From Burkholderiaceae bacterium (GTDB lineage Bacteria > Pseudomonadota > Gammaproteobacteria > Burkholderiales > Burkholderiaceae_E): 64,000 nucleotides of DNA. Shown piece after piece: positions 15,525-24,864 of this stretch (the first letter of the stretch is position 1; each line of letters starts with the position of its first letter). The DNA lies in the NCBI GenBank assembly GCA_019635275.1, contig JAHBZV010000001.1, positions 199,626 through 263,625 on the forward strand. Direction: 5' to 3'. Both the position numbers and the translations under genes were made by a program. The notes under the pieces are model-generated. The model was not told the origin of the DNA. It did not search any database and saw only the letters and a list, made by a program, of their open reading frames with translations.

Positions 15525-16151
15525 TCACGTGCCCGCCCCGGGCTTTCGGGCTGCATCGACCAGCGCGCGGATCGCCCAGCGCCGCACGCGCCGGGCCTCG
15601 GCCTCGTCGAGTTGCAGCACGTCCTTGAGCGCCAGCATCGCCTCGGTGCCGATCACCAGCGCCAGCGCCCGCGTGAGCGTCTTCAGGGCCGCCGGGCGGA
15701 ACTCGCGACGAGCCGGCTCGAGCGCGGCCTCGATCAGCGGCGTGCGGCGGTTCTGGCGCACCGGCGTCGACGCGTCGCCGTTCCTGCGCCCGCGGCGCAC
15801 GCTGCGCTCGAGCGTGTGCCGCAGCATCAGGCGCAGCGCGACTTCGTTGTCGCGGATCATCCGGTCGAACGCCGCGTCGACGCGCTCGAGCCGCGCCACC
15901 GGGTCCTCGCGCGGCGCGCCGCGGAACACCTCCTCGGCCTGCGGCGTGTCGATGTCGAGCGAGGCCTCGACCAGCAGCGCCGTCACGTCCGGGAAGTGTC
16001 GGTAGGCCGTGGCGCGCGAGACCATCGCCTCTTCGGCGATCTCCTCGAGGCTGGGGTGGCGGCCCTGGCTCGTCAGGCGCGCGGCGGCCTGCAGCAGGTC
16101 CTTGCGGGTGCGCCGCAGCTGGTTGGCGCGCCCCCCGGCTTCGGTGCTCAT
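15525..16151 (-). CDS. TetR/AcrR family transcriptional regulator
   Basis: RTRKDLLQAA...SLEEIAEEAMVSRATAYRHF HTH. Confidence 0.88.
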   Translation of the reverse strand: MSTEAGGRANQLRRTRKDLLQAAARLTSQGRHPSLEEIAEEAMVSRATAYRHFPDVTALLVEASLDIDTPQAEEVFRGAPREDPVARLERVDAAFDRMIRDNEVALRLMLRHTLERSVRRGRRNGDASTPVRQNRRTPLIEAALEPARREFRPAALKTLTRALALVIGTEAMLALKDVLQLDEAEARRVRRWAIRALVDAARKPGAGT

Positions 16152-16579
16152 GCCGACCCTTGCTGCGGCAGCTGCGCGAGGATGGCGGCGAAGTCGAGCC
16201 AGACGTTCTCGCGCGCGATCTCGCCGTTCTCGGCGAACTGCAGCACGTGCAGCAGCCGGAACTCGAGCGGCCGGTTGCGGCCCTCGAGCCCGAAGGGCCG
16301 GCCCGCGGCCCGCCCTCGCCAGACCGACTCGTCGACGACGAAGTCGCTGCCGTACAGGCGGCGCAGCGTCTCGACGCGGCTGTCGGCCAGGTCCGCGAAC
16401 ATCGCCTCGTAGAAGGCGCGCGCGGCGGTGCGGCCGCGCGTCGCGCCCGCCGGCCAGCCGACGACGTCGTGCTCGACGTCTTCGGCCAGCGTGCGCAGCA
16501 CGCCCTCCACGTCGTCGCTGGCCTCGTGGCGGAAGTGCTCGTCGACCTTGCGGTCCATCTGCGCGGGTGTCATCGGCAT
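16148..16579 (-). CDS. SnoaL/NTF2-like ester cyclase family protein
   Basis: DEHFRHEA..DVEGVL.TL...GRTAARAFY...LLHVLQF..NGEIARENVWLD; start ATG 16579 after GGAGG. Confidence 0.8.
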   Translation of the reverse strand: MPMTPAQMDRKVDEHFRHEASDDVEGVLRTLAEDVEHDVVGWPAGATRGRTAARAFYEAMFADLADSRVETLRRLYGSDFVVDESVWRGRAAGRPFGLEGRNRPLEFRLLHVLQFAENGEIARENVWLDFAAILAQLPQQGSA

Positions 16580-16617
16580 GTCGGGCCTCCGGAAGGCGGG
16601 GCCATTGGGAAGGGCCC

Positions 16618-16641
16618 TTTGTGAGACAAGAATCTCATAAA
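16618..16641. promoter_or_regulatory. Near-palindromic operator TTTGTGAGA-N6-TCTCATAAA (candidate TetR site)
   Basis: 9-bp inverted repeat with one mismatch in the divergent spacer. Confidence 0.55.
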
Positions 16642-16790
16642 GCGGCACGATTCGCAATACGGCAGCCGATTAGCAACAAGTTAGCGATTCTTTCGCCAAG
16701 TCTTAGCAGCGTGCCCGGGCCCCGGACGCCAGACTGGCCGAAGGCTGGAGCGAAGCCGCTCCCCGAGCCATCACCACGAGGACAGTCACC

Positions 16791-17600
16791 ATGGACCAAC
16801 CCACCCTGCTGCCGACCCGCCGCGTCGGCACCGACACCGACCTGCTGCCCGCCTACGTGCCGCTGCCCGGCCTGGGCGTGCTGCCGATCAATGCCTACCT
16901 GATCCACGCGCGCGAGCCCGTGCTGGTCGACACCGGCATTGCGCCGCTGCGCGACGGCTTCCTGCGGGCGCTGCGCGCGTTGATCGATCCCGCCGCGCTG
17001 CGCTGGATCTGGATCACGCACGCCGACGCCGACCACGTGGGCAACCTGGCCGCGGTGCTGGCCGAGGCGCCGCAGGCGCGCGTCGTCACGAACTACCTGG
17101 GCGTGGGCAAGATGGGCCTGCAACAGCTGCCGCTGGACCGCACGTACCTCGTCAACCCCGGGCAGGCGCTCGACGTGGGCGACCGCCGGCTGCTGGCCCA
17201 TCGGCCGCCGGTGTACGACGCGCCCGAGACGATGGCGGTGTTCGACACCGGCACGCGCCACCTGTTCAGCTCGGACTGCTTCGGCGCGGTGATGGCGCGC
17301 CCCGCCGAGACCGCCGCGTCGATCGACAAGCGCGAACTGCACGACGGGCTCGCGTTGTGGGCGCGCATCGACGCGCCCTGGCTGGCCGCGGTCGGGCGGG
17401 ATCGGTTCACGGCGGCCTGCCGCCCGCTGCGCGACCTGGCGCCGCGCCTGATCCTCGGCAGTCACCTGCCGCCAGCGGTGGACCTCGACGACGCGCTGTA
17501 CGCCGGCCTGGACGCTGCGCGTGAGGCTGCGCCGTTCGTGGGCCCGGATCAGGCGGCGTTGGAGCAGGCAATCCACGCCCCGGAGCCTGCCGTGGTTTGA
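16791..17600 (+). CDS. MBL-fold metallohydrolase, flavodiiron/ODP-like
   Basis: LVDTG, THADADHVGN, DAPET, LFSSDCFG and GSH motifs. Confidence 0.8.
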   Translation: MDQPTLLPTRRVGTDTDLLPAYVPLPGLGVLPINAYLIHAREPVLVDTGIAPLRDGFLRALRALIDPAALRWIWITHADADHVGNLAAVLAEAPQARVVTNYLGVGKMGLQQLPLDRTYLVNPGQALDVGDRRLLAHRPPVYDAPETMAVFDTGTRHLFSSDCFGAVMARPAETAASIDKRELHDGLALWARIDAPWLAAVGRDRFTAACRPLRDLAPRLILGSHLPPAVDLDDALYAGLDAAREAAPFVGPDQAALEQAIHAPEPAVV

Positions 17601-17705
17601 ACCGGGGTCGCCGCGAGTTGCTGCGCGTACGGCGGCGGTCGGTGCCGGGGCGCGCTGGCTAGCCGCCGGCTGCCGAGCGTACCGACCCGCATACCCGCAT
17701 GGGGG

Positions 17706-18269
17706 TCATCGAAGCATTTCCTGCGCCGTGTCGAGGATCTCGCGCGACAGCGCATCGTCGTCGACGGCCCGCGCCAGCACCAGGGCGCCGACGAGGGTCG
17801 CATAGGCGCCAATTGCCTTGCGCCTTCTCGCCGATTTCGATCTGCCGGGGACCAGCTTTGCCAGCAAGTCGAACGCGGACTCCAGGTACTCGGTGACCGC
17901 GTGCCGCACGCCCGGGCCGCGGCGCGGAACGTCCGGGCCGAGCGCGGCGAGGAGGCACCCGGCGCCGGGATCGTCGCGGTGCCTGGCGGTGAGGTAGGCG
18001 CCGGTGATCGCGGCGAGGGGGGCGTCCGGCGCGGCCTCCGAGCGCTTCTTCCAGAGCGCGAGCGACCGGGCGAGCGCGCGCGTGCAAGCCTGCACTTCCA
18101 GGTCGTCCTTCGACGCGAAGTGGCCGTAGAAGCCGCCGTGCGTCAGTCCGACCTCCCTCATGAGGTCGGCGACGCCGATGCCGTCGAATCCGCGTTCGCG
18201 AAACAGCCGCGCCGCGGCATCGATGATCCGCTCGCGGTTGCGGGCCGCCTCTTCCCTCGTCACCTTCAT
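17706..18269 (-). CDS. TetR/AcrR family transcriptional regulator
   Basis: LFRERGFDGIGVADLMREVGLTHGGFYGHFASKDDL; start ATG 18269. Confidence 0.9.
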   Translation of the reverse strand: MKVTREEAARNRERIIDAAARLFRERGFDGIGVADLMREVGLTHGGFYGHFASKDDLEVQACTRALARSLALWKKRSEAAPDAPLAAITGAYLTARHRDDPGAGCLLAALGPDVPRRGPGVRHAVTEYLESAFDLLAKLVPGRSKSARRRKAIGAYATLVGALVLARAVDDDALSREILDTAQEMLR

Positions 18270-18298
18270 GTCGCACGCTCCCGGACACGACCGCATCG

Positions 18299-18349
18299 TT
18301 GACAGGATACATGATGCGCGTCATATAATGCAATCATTACGAGCGTCAT
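18299..18349 (+). promoter_or_regulatory. Sigma70-like promoter overlapped by two TetR-type operator repeats
   Basis: TTGACA at 18299 and TATAAT at 18324 (19-bp spacer, longer than canonical). Repeats ATGATGCGCGTCAT at 18311 and ATTACGAGCGTCAT at 18336. Confidence 0.55.
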
Positions 18350-18410
18350 CTATCCTGCGCGACCGCATTTCCGCAGCCTCGGCGGTGCCGACGAAACGGA
18401 GCTTCGAACG

Positions 18411-19622
18411 ATGAACGAGAACCAGCGCAGCGCGTGGATCGTGACCCTCGCCGCGGCCGCCTTCCTGATGGTGACGATGGGCGCGCGGCAATCGCTCGGC
18501 CTGTTCGTATCCCCGATCAACACCTCGACCGGGCTCGGCATCACCGCGATCAGCCTTGCGATGGCCGTCGGCCAGTTGATGTGGGGCGTCGTGCAGCCGG
18601 TCGCCGGCGCCATGGCCGATCGTCACGGACCGGCGCGCGTGCTCGTCGGCGGGCTGGTGGTACTCGCGGTCGGCACCGCGATGACCCCATTCATGACCTC
18701 GACCTTCGGCCTCGTCGTGTCGCTCGGGCTGCTCGCCGCCATCGGTTCGGGCGCGGGCAGCTTCTCGGTGCTGATCGGCGCCGTGTCGCAGCGCCTGCCT
18801 GTCGAAGGGCGCGGCAAGGCGGCCGGCGTCATCAACGCGGGCGGATCGTTCGGCCAGTTCGTGTTCGCGCCCGTCTCGCAAGGGCTCATCGGACTGCTCG
18901 GCTGGATGGGCGCGATGTGGTCGCTCGCCGCGATCACGCTCGGCGCGCTGCCTCTGGTGAAGGTCGTGAGCCCGAAGGCTCGCGCGCATCCCGCGACGGC
19001 GATCGAAGGGCATTCGACGCCGTGGCGCGCCGCGCGCAGCGCGATGACCGATCGCAGCTATCTGCTTCTGCACGCCGGATTCTTCACCTGCGGCTTCCAC
19101 ATCGCGTTCCTCGTCACGCACCTGCCCGGAGAAGTCGATCTCTGCGGCCTGCCGGCCTCCGTGGCGAGCTGGTCGCTCGCGCTGATCGGCCTGGCCAACA
19201 TTGCCGGCAGCCTTCTCGCCGGGTCGTCCATCTCGCGCTTCCGGAGCAAGCACATCCTCGCGGTGATGTACGGCTCGCGCGCCGTCCTGATCGCGTGGTA
19301 CCTCGTCGCCCCGAAGACCGCGTGGACGTTCTACGTCTTCGCGATCGGCCTCGGCCTCACCTGGCTCGCCACCGTGCCCCCCACGGCGTCGATCGTGGGC
19401 AAGCTCTTCGGCGTGCGTTACCTCGCAACGCTGTTCGGCCTGACGCTGCTGTCACATCAGGTCGGCGGATTCCTGGGCGCGTACCTCGGCGGCGTCGCGC
19501 TCGCCGCGTCCGGCAACTATCAGTGGATGTGGTACGCCGACATGGCGCTCGCCGCGGCCGCGGCGATCGTCAACCTGCCGATCCGGGAAGCGCGCGTCGC
19601 GCGGGCGCCGGTGCCGACTTGA
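18411..19622 (+). CDS. MFS transporter
   Basis: About 12 hydrophobic segments; GAMADRHG motif A and GFFTCGFH. Confidence 0.9.
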   Translation: MNENQRSAWIVTLAAAAFLMVTMGARQSLGLFVSPINTSTGLGITAISLAMAVGQLMWGVVQPVAGAMADRHGPARVLVGGLVVLAVGTAMTPFMTSTFGLVVSLGLLAAIGSGAGSFSVLIGAVSQRLPVEGRGKAAGVINAGGSFGQFVFAPVSQGLIGLLGWMGAMWSLAAITLGALPLVKVVSPKARAHPATAIEGHSTPWRAARSAMTDRSYLLLHAGFFTCGFHIAFLVTHLPGEVDLCGLPASVASWSLALIGLANIAGSLLAGSSISRFRSKHILAVMYGSRAVLIAWYLVAPKTAWTFYVFAIGLGLTWLATVPPTASIVGKLFGVRYLATLFGLTLLSHQVGGFLGAYLGGVALAASGNYQWMWYADMALAAAAAIVNLPIREARVARAPVPT

Positions 19623-19685
19623 GCCCCCGGTTATAAGCTATACTTGGCGCACATCTTTGGTACCGGACCCGGAGAACCCGCCATC

Positions 19686-19997
19686 ATGAGAATCGCCATC
19701 AAGTCGAACCTCGAAACACTGGGCTCCGCAGCGACGAGCGAAGCGATCCACTCGACCGTGGACGTCCGTACGATTGCGCCCAACGAGCGTCACGACCGGA
19801 TCTTCTCCTCGTTCAACGCCCTGCCGCAGCGAGCCGCGCTGGAGCTGGTCAGCGATCACGATCCGGCTCCGCTGCATCGGCAGTTCAAGTCGACGCTCCA
19901 CGGTCTCTTCACCTGGGACTACCTCGAGCAGGGCCCCGATCTCTGGCGCGTGCGGATCGGCAAGGCTCCCGGCAACTGCTGCGGCAGCTGCAGCTGA
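19686..19997 (+). CDS. DUF2249 domain protein with C-terminal CCGSC tail
   Basis: DVRTIAPNERHDRIF...VSDHDPAPL...WDYLEQGPDLWRVRI signature. Confidence 0.8.
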   Translation: MRIAIKSNLETLGSAATSEAIHSTVDVRTIAPNERHDRIFSSFNALPQRAALELVSDHDPAPLHRQFKSTLHGLFTWDYLEQGPDLWRVRIGKAPGNCCGSCS

Positions 19998-20221
19998 CGG
20001 TCGAGCGCGCCTGCGCGCTCCGGCCGTCGGTATCACGACCGAGCCGCGTTACGAACGACCCGGGTTAGCGCTTCGCTTCGCGGCGACTGGCGCACCGACC
20101 TGCGCTCCGCAGGGCCGCCGGCGTCGCGGCTGCGTCCGCCGGTTTCAGTCTTGTTTCACCTTGCTGCGCGAAGAATGCAGGCAACGGGCTTTCACGCCCT
20201 TGTCCATTCGGAGCGCAGAGG

Positions 20222-20644
20222 ATGTCGCACAAGTTCTCGTCCCGATTCCGGCAGGCCCCGCTTGCCGTGGTCGCCGTCTCGCTGCTCACCGCGGTGAGTG
20301 CGCACGCGGCCGACACTTCCGCTGCACGGCAACTCGAGCGCTTCAGCACTGCCGCCGGCGCGCCCGGCGACGCGGAGCGCGGGCGCCTCTTCTTCACCAG
20401 CCGGCACGGCCGTGAATGGTCGTGCGCATCGTGCCACCACGATGCGCCGCTCGCCGCCGGCAAGCACGCGAAAACCGGCAAGGCGATCGACCCGATCGCA
20501 CCGGTTGCGAACGCGGCGGCCTTCACCGACACCGCTCGCGTCGACAAATGGTTTCGCCGCAACTGCAACGACGTGCTCGGGCGGGAATGCAGCGCGCGCG
20601 AGAAGGCCGACGTGCTCGCGTACCTGCTCGGGCTCGGACGCTGA
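20222..20644 (+). CDS. shp: SHP-type (DUF1924) c-type cytochrome
   Basis: Signal peptide, SCASCH, GKHAKTGKAI.P and KWFRRNCNDVLGREC (disulfide pair). Confidence 0.85.
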   Translation: MSHKFSSRFRQAPLAVVAVSLLTAVSAHAADTSAARQLERFSTAAGAPGDAERGRLFFTSRHGREWSCASCHHDAPLAAGKHAKTGKAIDPIAPVANAAAFTDTARVDKWFRRNCNDVLGRECSAREKADVLAYLLGLGR

Positions 20645-20671
20645 CGGTCGGCGCGCTTCGGGACACTTGCG

Positions 20672-21199
20672 ATGACCCCCTCGTTTCGCGATCGCCTCTC
20701 ACGCTTCCTCGCCGTGGCCGGTCTTTGCGCCGCCGCCGCCGCCGCCGCTGTCGCGCAGGCGGGCGAACGCAGCGCGATGCCGGCCGACGTGCCCGATGCC
20801 TACCTGCAGGAATGCGCTGCGTGCCACACCGCGTACCCGCCAGGGGCGCTTCCTGCGGCATCGTGGCGACGGATCATGAGCGGGCTCGACAGCCACTACG
20901 GAACCGACGCTGCGCTCGACCCAGCCACGGCCGCACGAATCGACGCATGGTTGCAGCGGCATGCCGGCACCTGGAAACGGGTGAGCGACGAGCCGCCGCA
21001 GGATCGCATCACGCGTTCGCGCTGGTTCGAACGCAAGCACCGGAAAGTGGACACCGCCGTCTGGCGCCACGACAGCGTGAAGAGCGCTGCGAACTGCGGG
21101 GCGTGCCACGTCGGCGCCGACCGCAGCCGTTTCGACGACGACGACCTGCGATTCCCGGCAGGCCTCGGCGCGCGTCATCGGCGTGCCTGGAACGATTGA
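20672..21199 (+). CDS. dhc: Diheme cytochrome c (DHC family)
   Basis: Two CxxCH motifs (ECAACH, NCGACH), LPAASW..IM..L..HYG and RITRSRWFERKH. Confidence 0.88.
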   Translation: MTPSFRDRLSRFLAVAGLCAAAAAAAVAQAGERSAMPADVPDAYLQECAACHTAYPPGALPAASWRRIMSGLDSHYGTDAALDPATAARIDAWLQRHAGTWKRVSDEPPQDRITRSRWFERKHRKVDTAVWRHDSVKSAANCGACHVGADRSRFDDDDLRFPAGLGARHRRAWND

Positions 21200-21212
21200 A
21201 GCGAGCAACGAC

Positions 21213-21881
21213 ATGCAATCCGTATCGACCCTCCCGCGCGCCGTCGGATCGGCGCAGACTCCATCGACGGGCCGCCGCGTGGTCGACGCGCCCACGCGCG
21301 CGTTCCACTGGCTGTTCGCGGCGAGCTTCCTCGGGGCGTTCATCACCGGCGACAGCGAAACCTGGCGCCCGATGCACGTCGCGCTCGGCTACCTGATGGC
21401 CGCGCTGCTCGGGTTCCGGCTGCTCTACGGGATCGTCGGCCCGCGCTACGCGCGCCTGGCGCCGACGTGGCGCAAGCTGGCCGGCCTGCCCGCGTGGCTT
21501 CGATCGATGCGCCACGGACGCTGGCTCGCCGACGTCGACTGGCGACACGGCGAGAACCTGCTGATCGCGCTGCTCGTCGTTGCGATGCTCGTCGCGGTCG
21601 TGCCCCTCGCGCTGAGCGGCGTCGTGGTCTACGAAGAGTGGGGCGGCGACTGGCTCGAGGAGGTCCATGAGTTCTTCGGCAACGCGTTCCTCGCGCTCGC
21701 CGGCGCGCACGTCGCCGCGCTCGTCGGCTCGAGCGTGCTGCGTCGAAGGAACCGCATGGTGCCGATGATCACCGGGCGCGCGAGCGGCGCGGGCCCGGAT
21801 CTGGTGCGCAGCAACCGGACGTGGCTCGCCGTGCTCCTGGGGATCGCGTCGATCGGCTTCGTCGCGTGGCAACTGCTCTGA
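21213..21881 (+). CDS. Cytochrome b/b6-domain membrane protein (SHP/DHC operon partner)
   Basis: DAPTRAFHW, HVALGY, EEVHE, AHV and MITG heme-ligand pattern. Confidence 0.85.
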   Translation: MQSVSTLPRAVGSAQTPSTGRRVVDAPTRAFHWLFAASFLGAFITGDSETWRPMHVALGYLMAALLGFRLLYGIVGPRYARLAPTWRKLAGLPAWLRSMRHGRWLADVDWRHGENLLIALLVVAMLVAVVPLALSGVVVYEEWGGDWLEEVHEFFGNAFLALAGAHVAALVGSSVLRRRNRMVPMITGRASGAGPDLVRSNRTWLAVLLGIASIGFVAWQLL

Positions 21882-21891
21882 CGTGCGGCGC

Positions 21892-22143
21892 CTACCGCAG
21901 CCGCAACGGCGGCGCCATCCCCGCCAGCGCCAGCAGCCCCCACACCGCGAGCGCCGTGCCGCCGCAGCAATACAGCGCCAGGTAGAAGCGGAACGCCAGC
22001 GGGTTGTCGTCACGGTTCGGCCGGAAGGGTCGCATGAAGTTCGAGCCGGCCGGCAGCTCGCCCACCCGATAGCCTTGCCAGCCGACGGCCAGCACGCCGG
22101 CCCCCATGGCGATCAGGAACAGCGCGCCGAGCATCTGCGTCAC
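21892..22143 (-). CDS. Small hypothetical membrane protein (2 TM)
   Basis: GTG 22143 overlaps the upstream stop; two hydrophobic segments flank RDDNPLAF. Confidence 0.6.
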   Translation of the reverse strand: MTQMLGALFLIAMGAGVLAVGWQGYRVGELPAGSNFMRPFRPNRDDNPLAFRFYLALYCCGGTALAVWGLLALAGMAPPLRLR

Positions 22144-22940
22144 GCAGCCTGTCCCGCGCCGGTCAGCCTGCGCAGGACCGACAGCAGCCCGGTGACGCCG
22201 GCGCTCATCGCCCCGGCCATCAGGATCTCGAACGGCCACAGGTTGTGCGAGGTGGGGTCGATCGCCACGCCGATCACGATGCGCACGACGACGAACGCCA
22301 TCATGATTGCCGGCACCGCTGCAGCGATGCGCCAGCCGCCGCGCCAGCGCAGGAGCATCCACGCCGGGCCGGCGAAGCCGACCAGGCCCACTCCCAGCAT
22401 CGCCAGCATGAAGCCGTTGAGCAGCGCCACGTCACCGGCGCTGACCGGTGCCTGGCTGCGCGCTTCGGCCGCCCGCTGCTGGGCGAGCCGGGCCTGCGCG
22501 TGCATGTCGGTCACCCACGCCGGGGGCGCCACACCCGCCGAGGCTTCGCTGCCGCCGATGACGTGCACGCGATAGGTGGCCACCACCGGCGTGCTCTGCA
22601 CCCGGCCGTCGCCGGCGGTGATGCGGATCTCGTCGACCTCGTCCCCCGGCTGCATCAGGAAGAACCAGGCGAGCATTTCGCCATCGCCCGTGTATCGCGG
22701 CGACGGGCTGGTGCCCGCATTGGCCGGTTTGCCGCGGAAGTACGGCCTCACCCAGATGCCGACCGGCTGGTCGCTGGAATACGCCAGGCGCAGGTTGAAG
22801 TTCTGGTTGCGCGCCAGCGTGATGCGATCGCCGGCAGGCCAGGTTTCGAGCACGCGCACCGTCGGCGCAGCGCGGGCCTGGCCGGAAAGGCCGAGCGCTG
22901 CTGCGAGCAACAGCAGGATCGCGATGAACCTTGGGCGCAT
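22140..22940 (-). CDS. Hypothetical protein: signal peptide, periplasmic domain, three C-terminal TM helices
   Basis: MRPRFIAILLLLAAALG..ARA signal; C-terminal DPTSHNLWPFEI motif between TM segments. Confidence 0.7.
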   Translation of the reverse strand: MRPRFIAILLLLAAALGLSGQARAAPTVRVLETWPAGDRITLARNQNFNLRLAYSSDQPVGIWVRPYFRGKPANAGTSPSPRYTGDGEMLAWFFLMQPGDEVDEIRITAGDGRVQSTPVVATYRVHVIGGSEASAGVAPPAWVTDMHAQARLAQQRAAEARSQAPVSAGDVALLNGFMLAMLGVGLVGFAGPAWMLLRWRGGWRIAAAVPAIMMAFVVVRIVIGVAIDPTSHNLWPFEILMAGAMSAGVTGLLSVLRRLTGAGQAA

Positions 22941-23045
22941 GGCTCACGATTCTCTGCCCGAACCCTCCCGGGTGCGGTCGGGGCGTGCAGCCGATCGCGC
23001 CGGCCGGCGGCGCTGGCGCGATGAATGGCGCGATCGTGTGTGGCG

Positions 23046-23504
23046 TCAGGCGCCGGCGCGGGGAGCGCTTGCCGCGGCGGGCGGCGGGGCCGCCGCCGCC
23101 AGCCCGTACCGCGACATCACGTCCAGCAGCTTCGCCCGGTCCGGCGGCCCGCCGGCGTTGACCACCTCCGCGACGTCGCGGAAGTATTGCGCTCCGATGT
23201 CCGGCGTCAGCACGACCAGCGCGCGCGCTGTCTGCGTCCCGGTGTTCCGGAACGCGTGCACCGAGCCGCGCGGGGTCGACATCCATTCGCCGGGCGCCAG
23301 TTCGCGCGATTCGCCGTCGACCGAGTAGCCGAGCGAGCCTTCCACGACGTAGAAGAACTCCTCGTTGTGGCGGTGGCTGTGCGGCGGCGGCACGTTGGCG
23401 CCCGGCGGCACGACGAGTTCGAACACGCCCAGGCCACCGCTCTTCGAGCCGTCGACCAGGTACCGGATCTCGAGTTGGCCCACCTTGATCAGGTCGCTGC
23501 TCAT
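23046..23504 (-). CDS. Cupin domain protein (QueD/quercetinase-like)
   Basis: PPPHSHRHNEEFFYVVEG and PRGSVHAFRN; start ATG 23504. Confidence 0.85.
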   Translation of the reverse strand: MSSDLIKVGQLEIRYLVDGSKSGGLGVFELVVPPGANVPPPHSHRHNEEFFYVVEGSLGYSVDGESRELAPGEWMSTPRGSVHAFRNTGTQTARALVVLTPDIGAQYFRDVAEVVNAGGPPDRAKLLDVMSRYGLAAAAPPPAAASAPRAGA

Positions 23505-23628
23505 GTCGGTCTCCCTGGTTCGAGGGTCACGACGACAATGTATACCGTTGCCAAGGCCGGATAAATGGCGTCTCATCCGACCTGCCATGGCAAGCGCCAT
23601 GCAGACGCCAGAAAGGCAGGCCCGTTCC

Positions 23629-24543
23629 ATGTGGAAGCAAACCGCGCAGCACTGGTGGTCGATCACCCGCGAAGCCGTCAAGCTCTGGCTCGACAGCAAC
23701 GCGTTCAGCCACGCCGGGGCGCTGGCTTTCTACACGCTGTTCTCGCTGGCGCCGGTCGTCATCATCGCGGTCTCGGTGATCGGGATCGTGATGGGCGAGC
23801 AGGCCGCGCAGGGCCACATCGTCGCGCAGCTGCAGGACGTGATGGGCCACGAGGCGGCCCGGGCGGTCGAGCAGGCGGTTGCGCGCTCGCGCATCGAGGA
23901 GTCGGGGCTGCTGCCGACGCTGCTCGGCGTGGCCGCGCTGCTCGCCGGCGCCACGACGGTGTTCGGGCAGATGCAGTCGTCGCTGAACGCGATCTGGGGC
24001 GTGGCGGCGCGGCCGCATCGCAACAACCTCTTCGCGCTCGTGAAGAATCGCCTGCTTTCGCTGACGGTCGTGCTGGCGATCGGCTTCGTGCTGCTGGTGT
24101 CGCTGCTGCTCGGCGTGGTGCTGCGCGCGGTGCTCGAGTTCACCGATCGCTTCGTGCCCGCGATCGCCGCGCTGCTGAGCGGCAGCGAGGTGATCGTTTC
24201 GCTGCTGTCGGCGGCGCTGTTGTTCGGCGCGGTCTTCAAGGTGCTGCCCGACGTCGTGCTGCACTGGCGCGACGTGGTCGTCGGCGCGCTGGTCACCGCG
24301 TTGCTGTTCTCGGTCGGGCGCTGGGGCATCGCCGCCTACCTGGCGCACACGGCAACGGCGTCGACCTACGGCGCGGCGGGCTCGGTGGTGCTGATCCTGC
24401 TCTGGGTCTACTACTCGTCGCTGATCCTGCTTTTCGGCGCCGCGTTCACGAAGGCACACCTGCTGGCGCGCGGGCGCGCCGTGGTGCCGCGCAATACGGC
24501 GGTGCTGGTCAGGCGCGAACTGGTCACCGAACAGTCCGGCTGA
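23629..24543 (+). CDS. YihY/virulence factor BrkB family membrane protein
   Basis: [20 protein letters not shown] and [19 protein letters not shown]; start uncertain (23587, 23599 or 23629). Confidence 0.88.
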   Translation: MWKQTAQHWWSITREAVKLWLDSNAFSHAGALAFYTLFSLAPVVIIAVSVIGIVMGEQAAQGHIVAQLQDVMGHEAARAVEQAVARSRIEESGLLPTLLGVAALLAGATTVFGQMQSSLNAIWGVAARPHRNNLFALVKNRLLSLTVVLAIGFVLLVSLLLGVVLRAVLEFTDRFVPAIAALLSGSEVIVSLLSAALLFGAVFKVLPDVVLHWRDVVVGALVTALLFSVGRWGIAAYLAHTATASTYGAAGSVVLILLWVYYSSLILLFGAAFTKAHLLARGRAVVPRNTAVLVRRELVTEQSG

Positions 24544-24664
24544 ACACCTTGCCGACGAGCTCGCGTCGGCTGCGCACGCCCGTTTTCTCGAAGATCGCGG
24601 TGAAGTGTTCCTGCACCGTGTACGGCGAGATGTCGAGCGCCGCCGCGATCTGCCTGGTCGACAA
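24524..24664 (-). pseudogene. LuxR-type C-terminal HTH remnant
   Basis: Manual translation [41 protein letters not shown]; there is no N-terminal domain, and the TA promoter sits where it would be. Confidence 0.65.
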
Positions 24665-24677
24665 AGCTCGAAACCAC

Positions 24678-24707
24678 TTGCCGCGTGTATCCTTCAGGAT
24701 ACATAAT
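24678..24707 (+). promoter_or_regulatory. TA promoter with palindromic operator TGTATCCT-TC-AGGATACA
   Basis: TTGCCG at 24678 and CATAAT at 24702 flank a perfect 8-bp inverted repeat at 24686-24703. Confidence 0.6.
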
Positions 24708-24711
24708 CGCC

Positions 24712-24864
24712 GTGCGCGTCCTCACCACCAATGTCTATCTCGACTGGATCAATGGCCTGAAAGACGTCGTGGTGCTGGCCGGCGGGGACAAGTCGAGCCA
24801 GCAGCGGGATATCGAATTGGCGATCGAACTCGCCAGGAAACTGGGGGACGAGTTGGAATGGTGA
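24712..24864 (+). pseudogene. RelE/HigB-type addiction-module killer toxin with in-frame internal deletion (50 aa)
   Basis: [18 protein letters not shown]|VVVLAGGDKSSQQRDIELAIELARKL. The N-terminal (WxxxLKD) and C-terminal (GGDKSSQxxDI) motifs are joined directly; the central GVxELRI..GPGYRVY core is absent. Confidence 0.78.
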
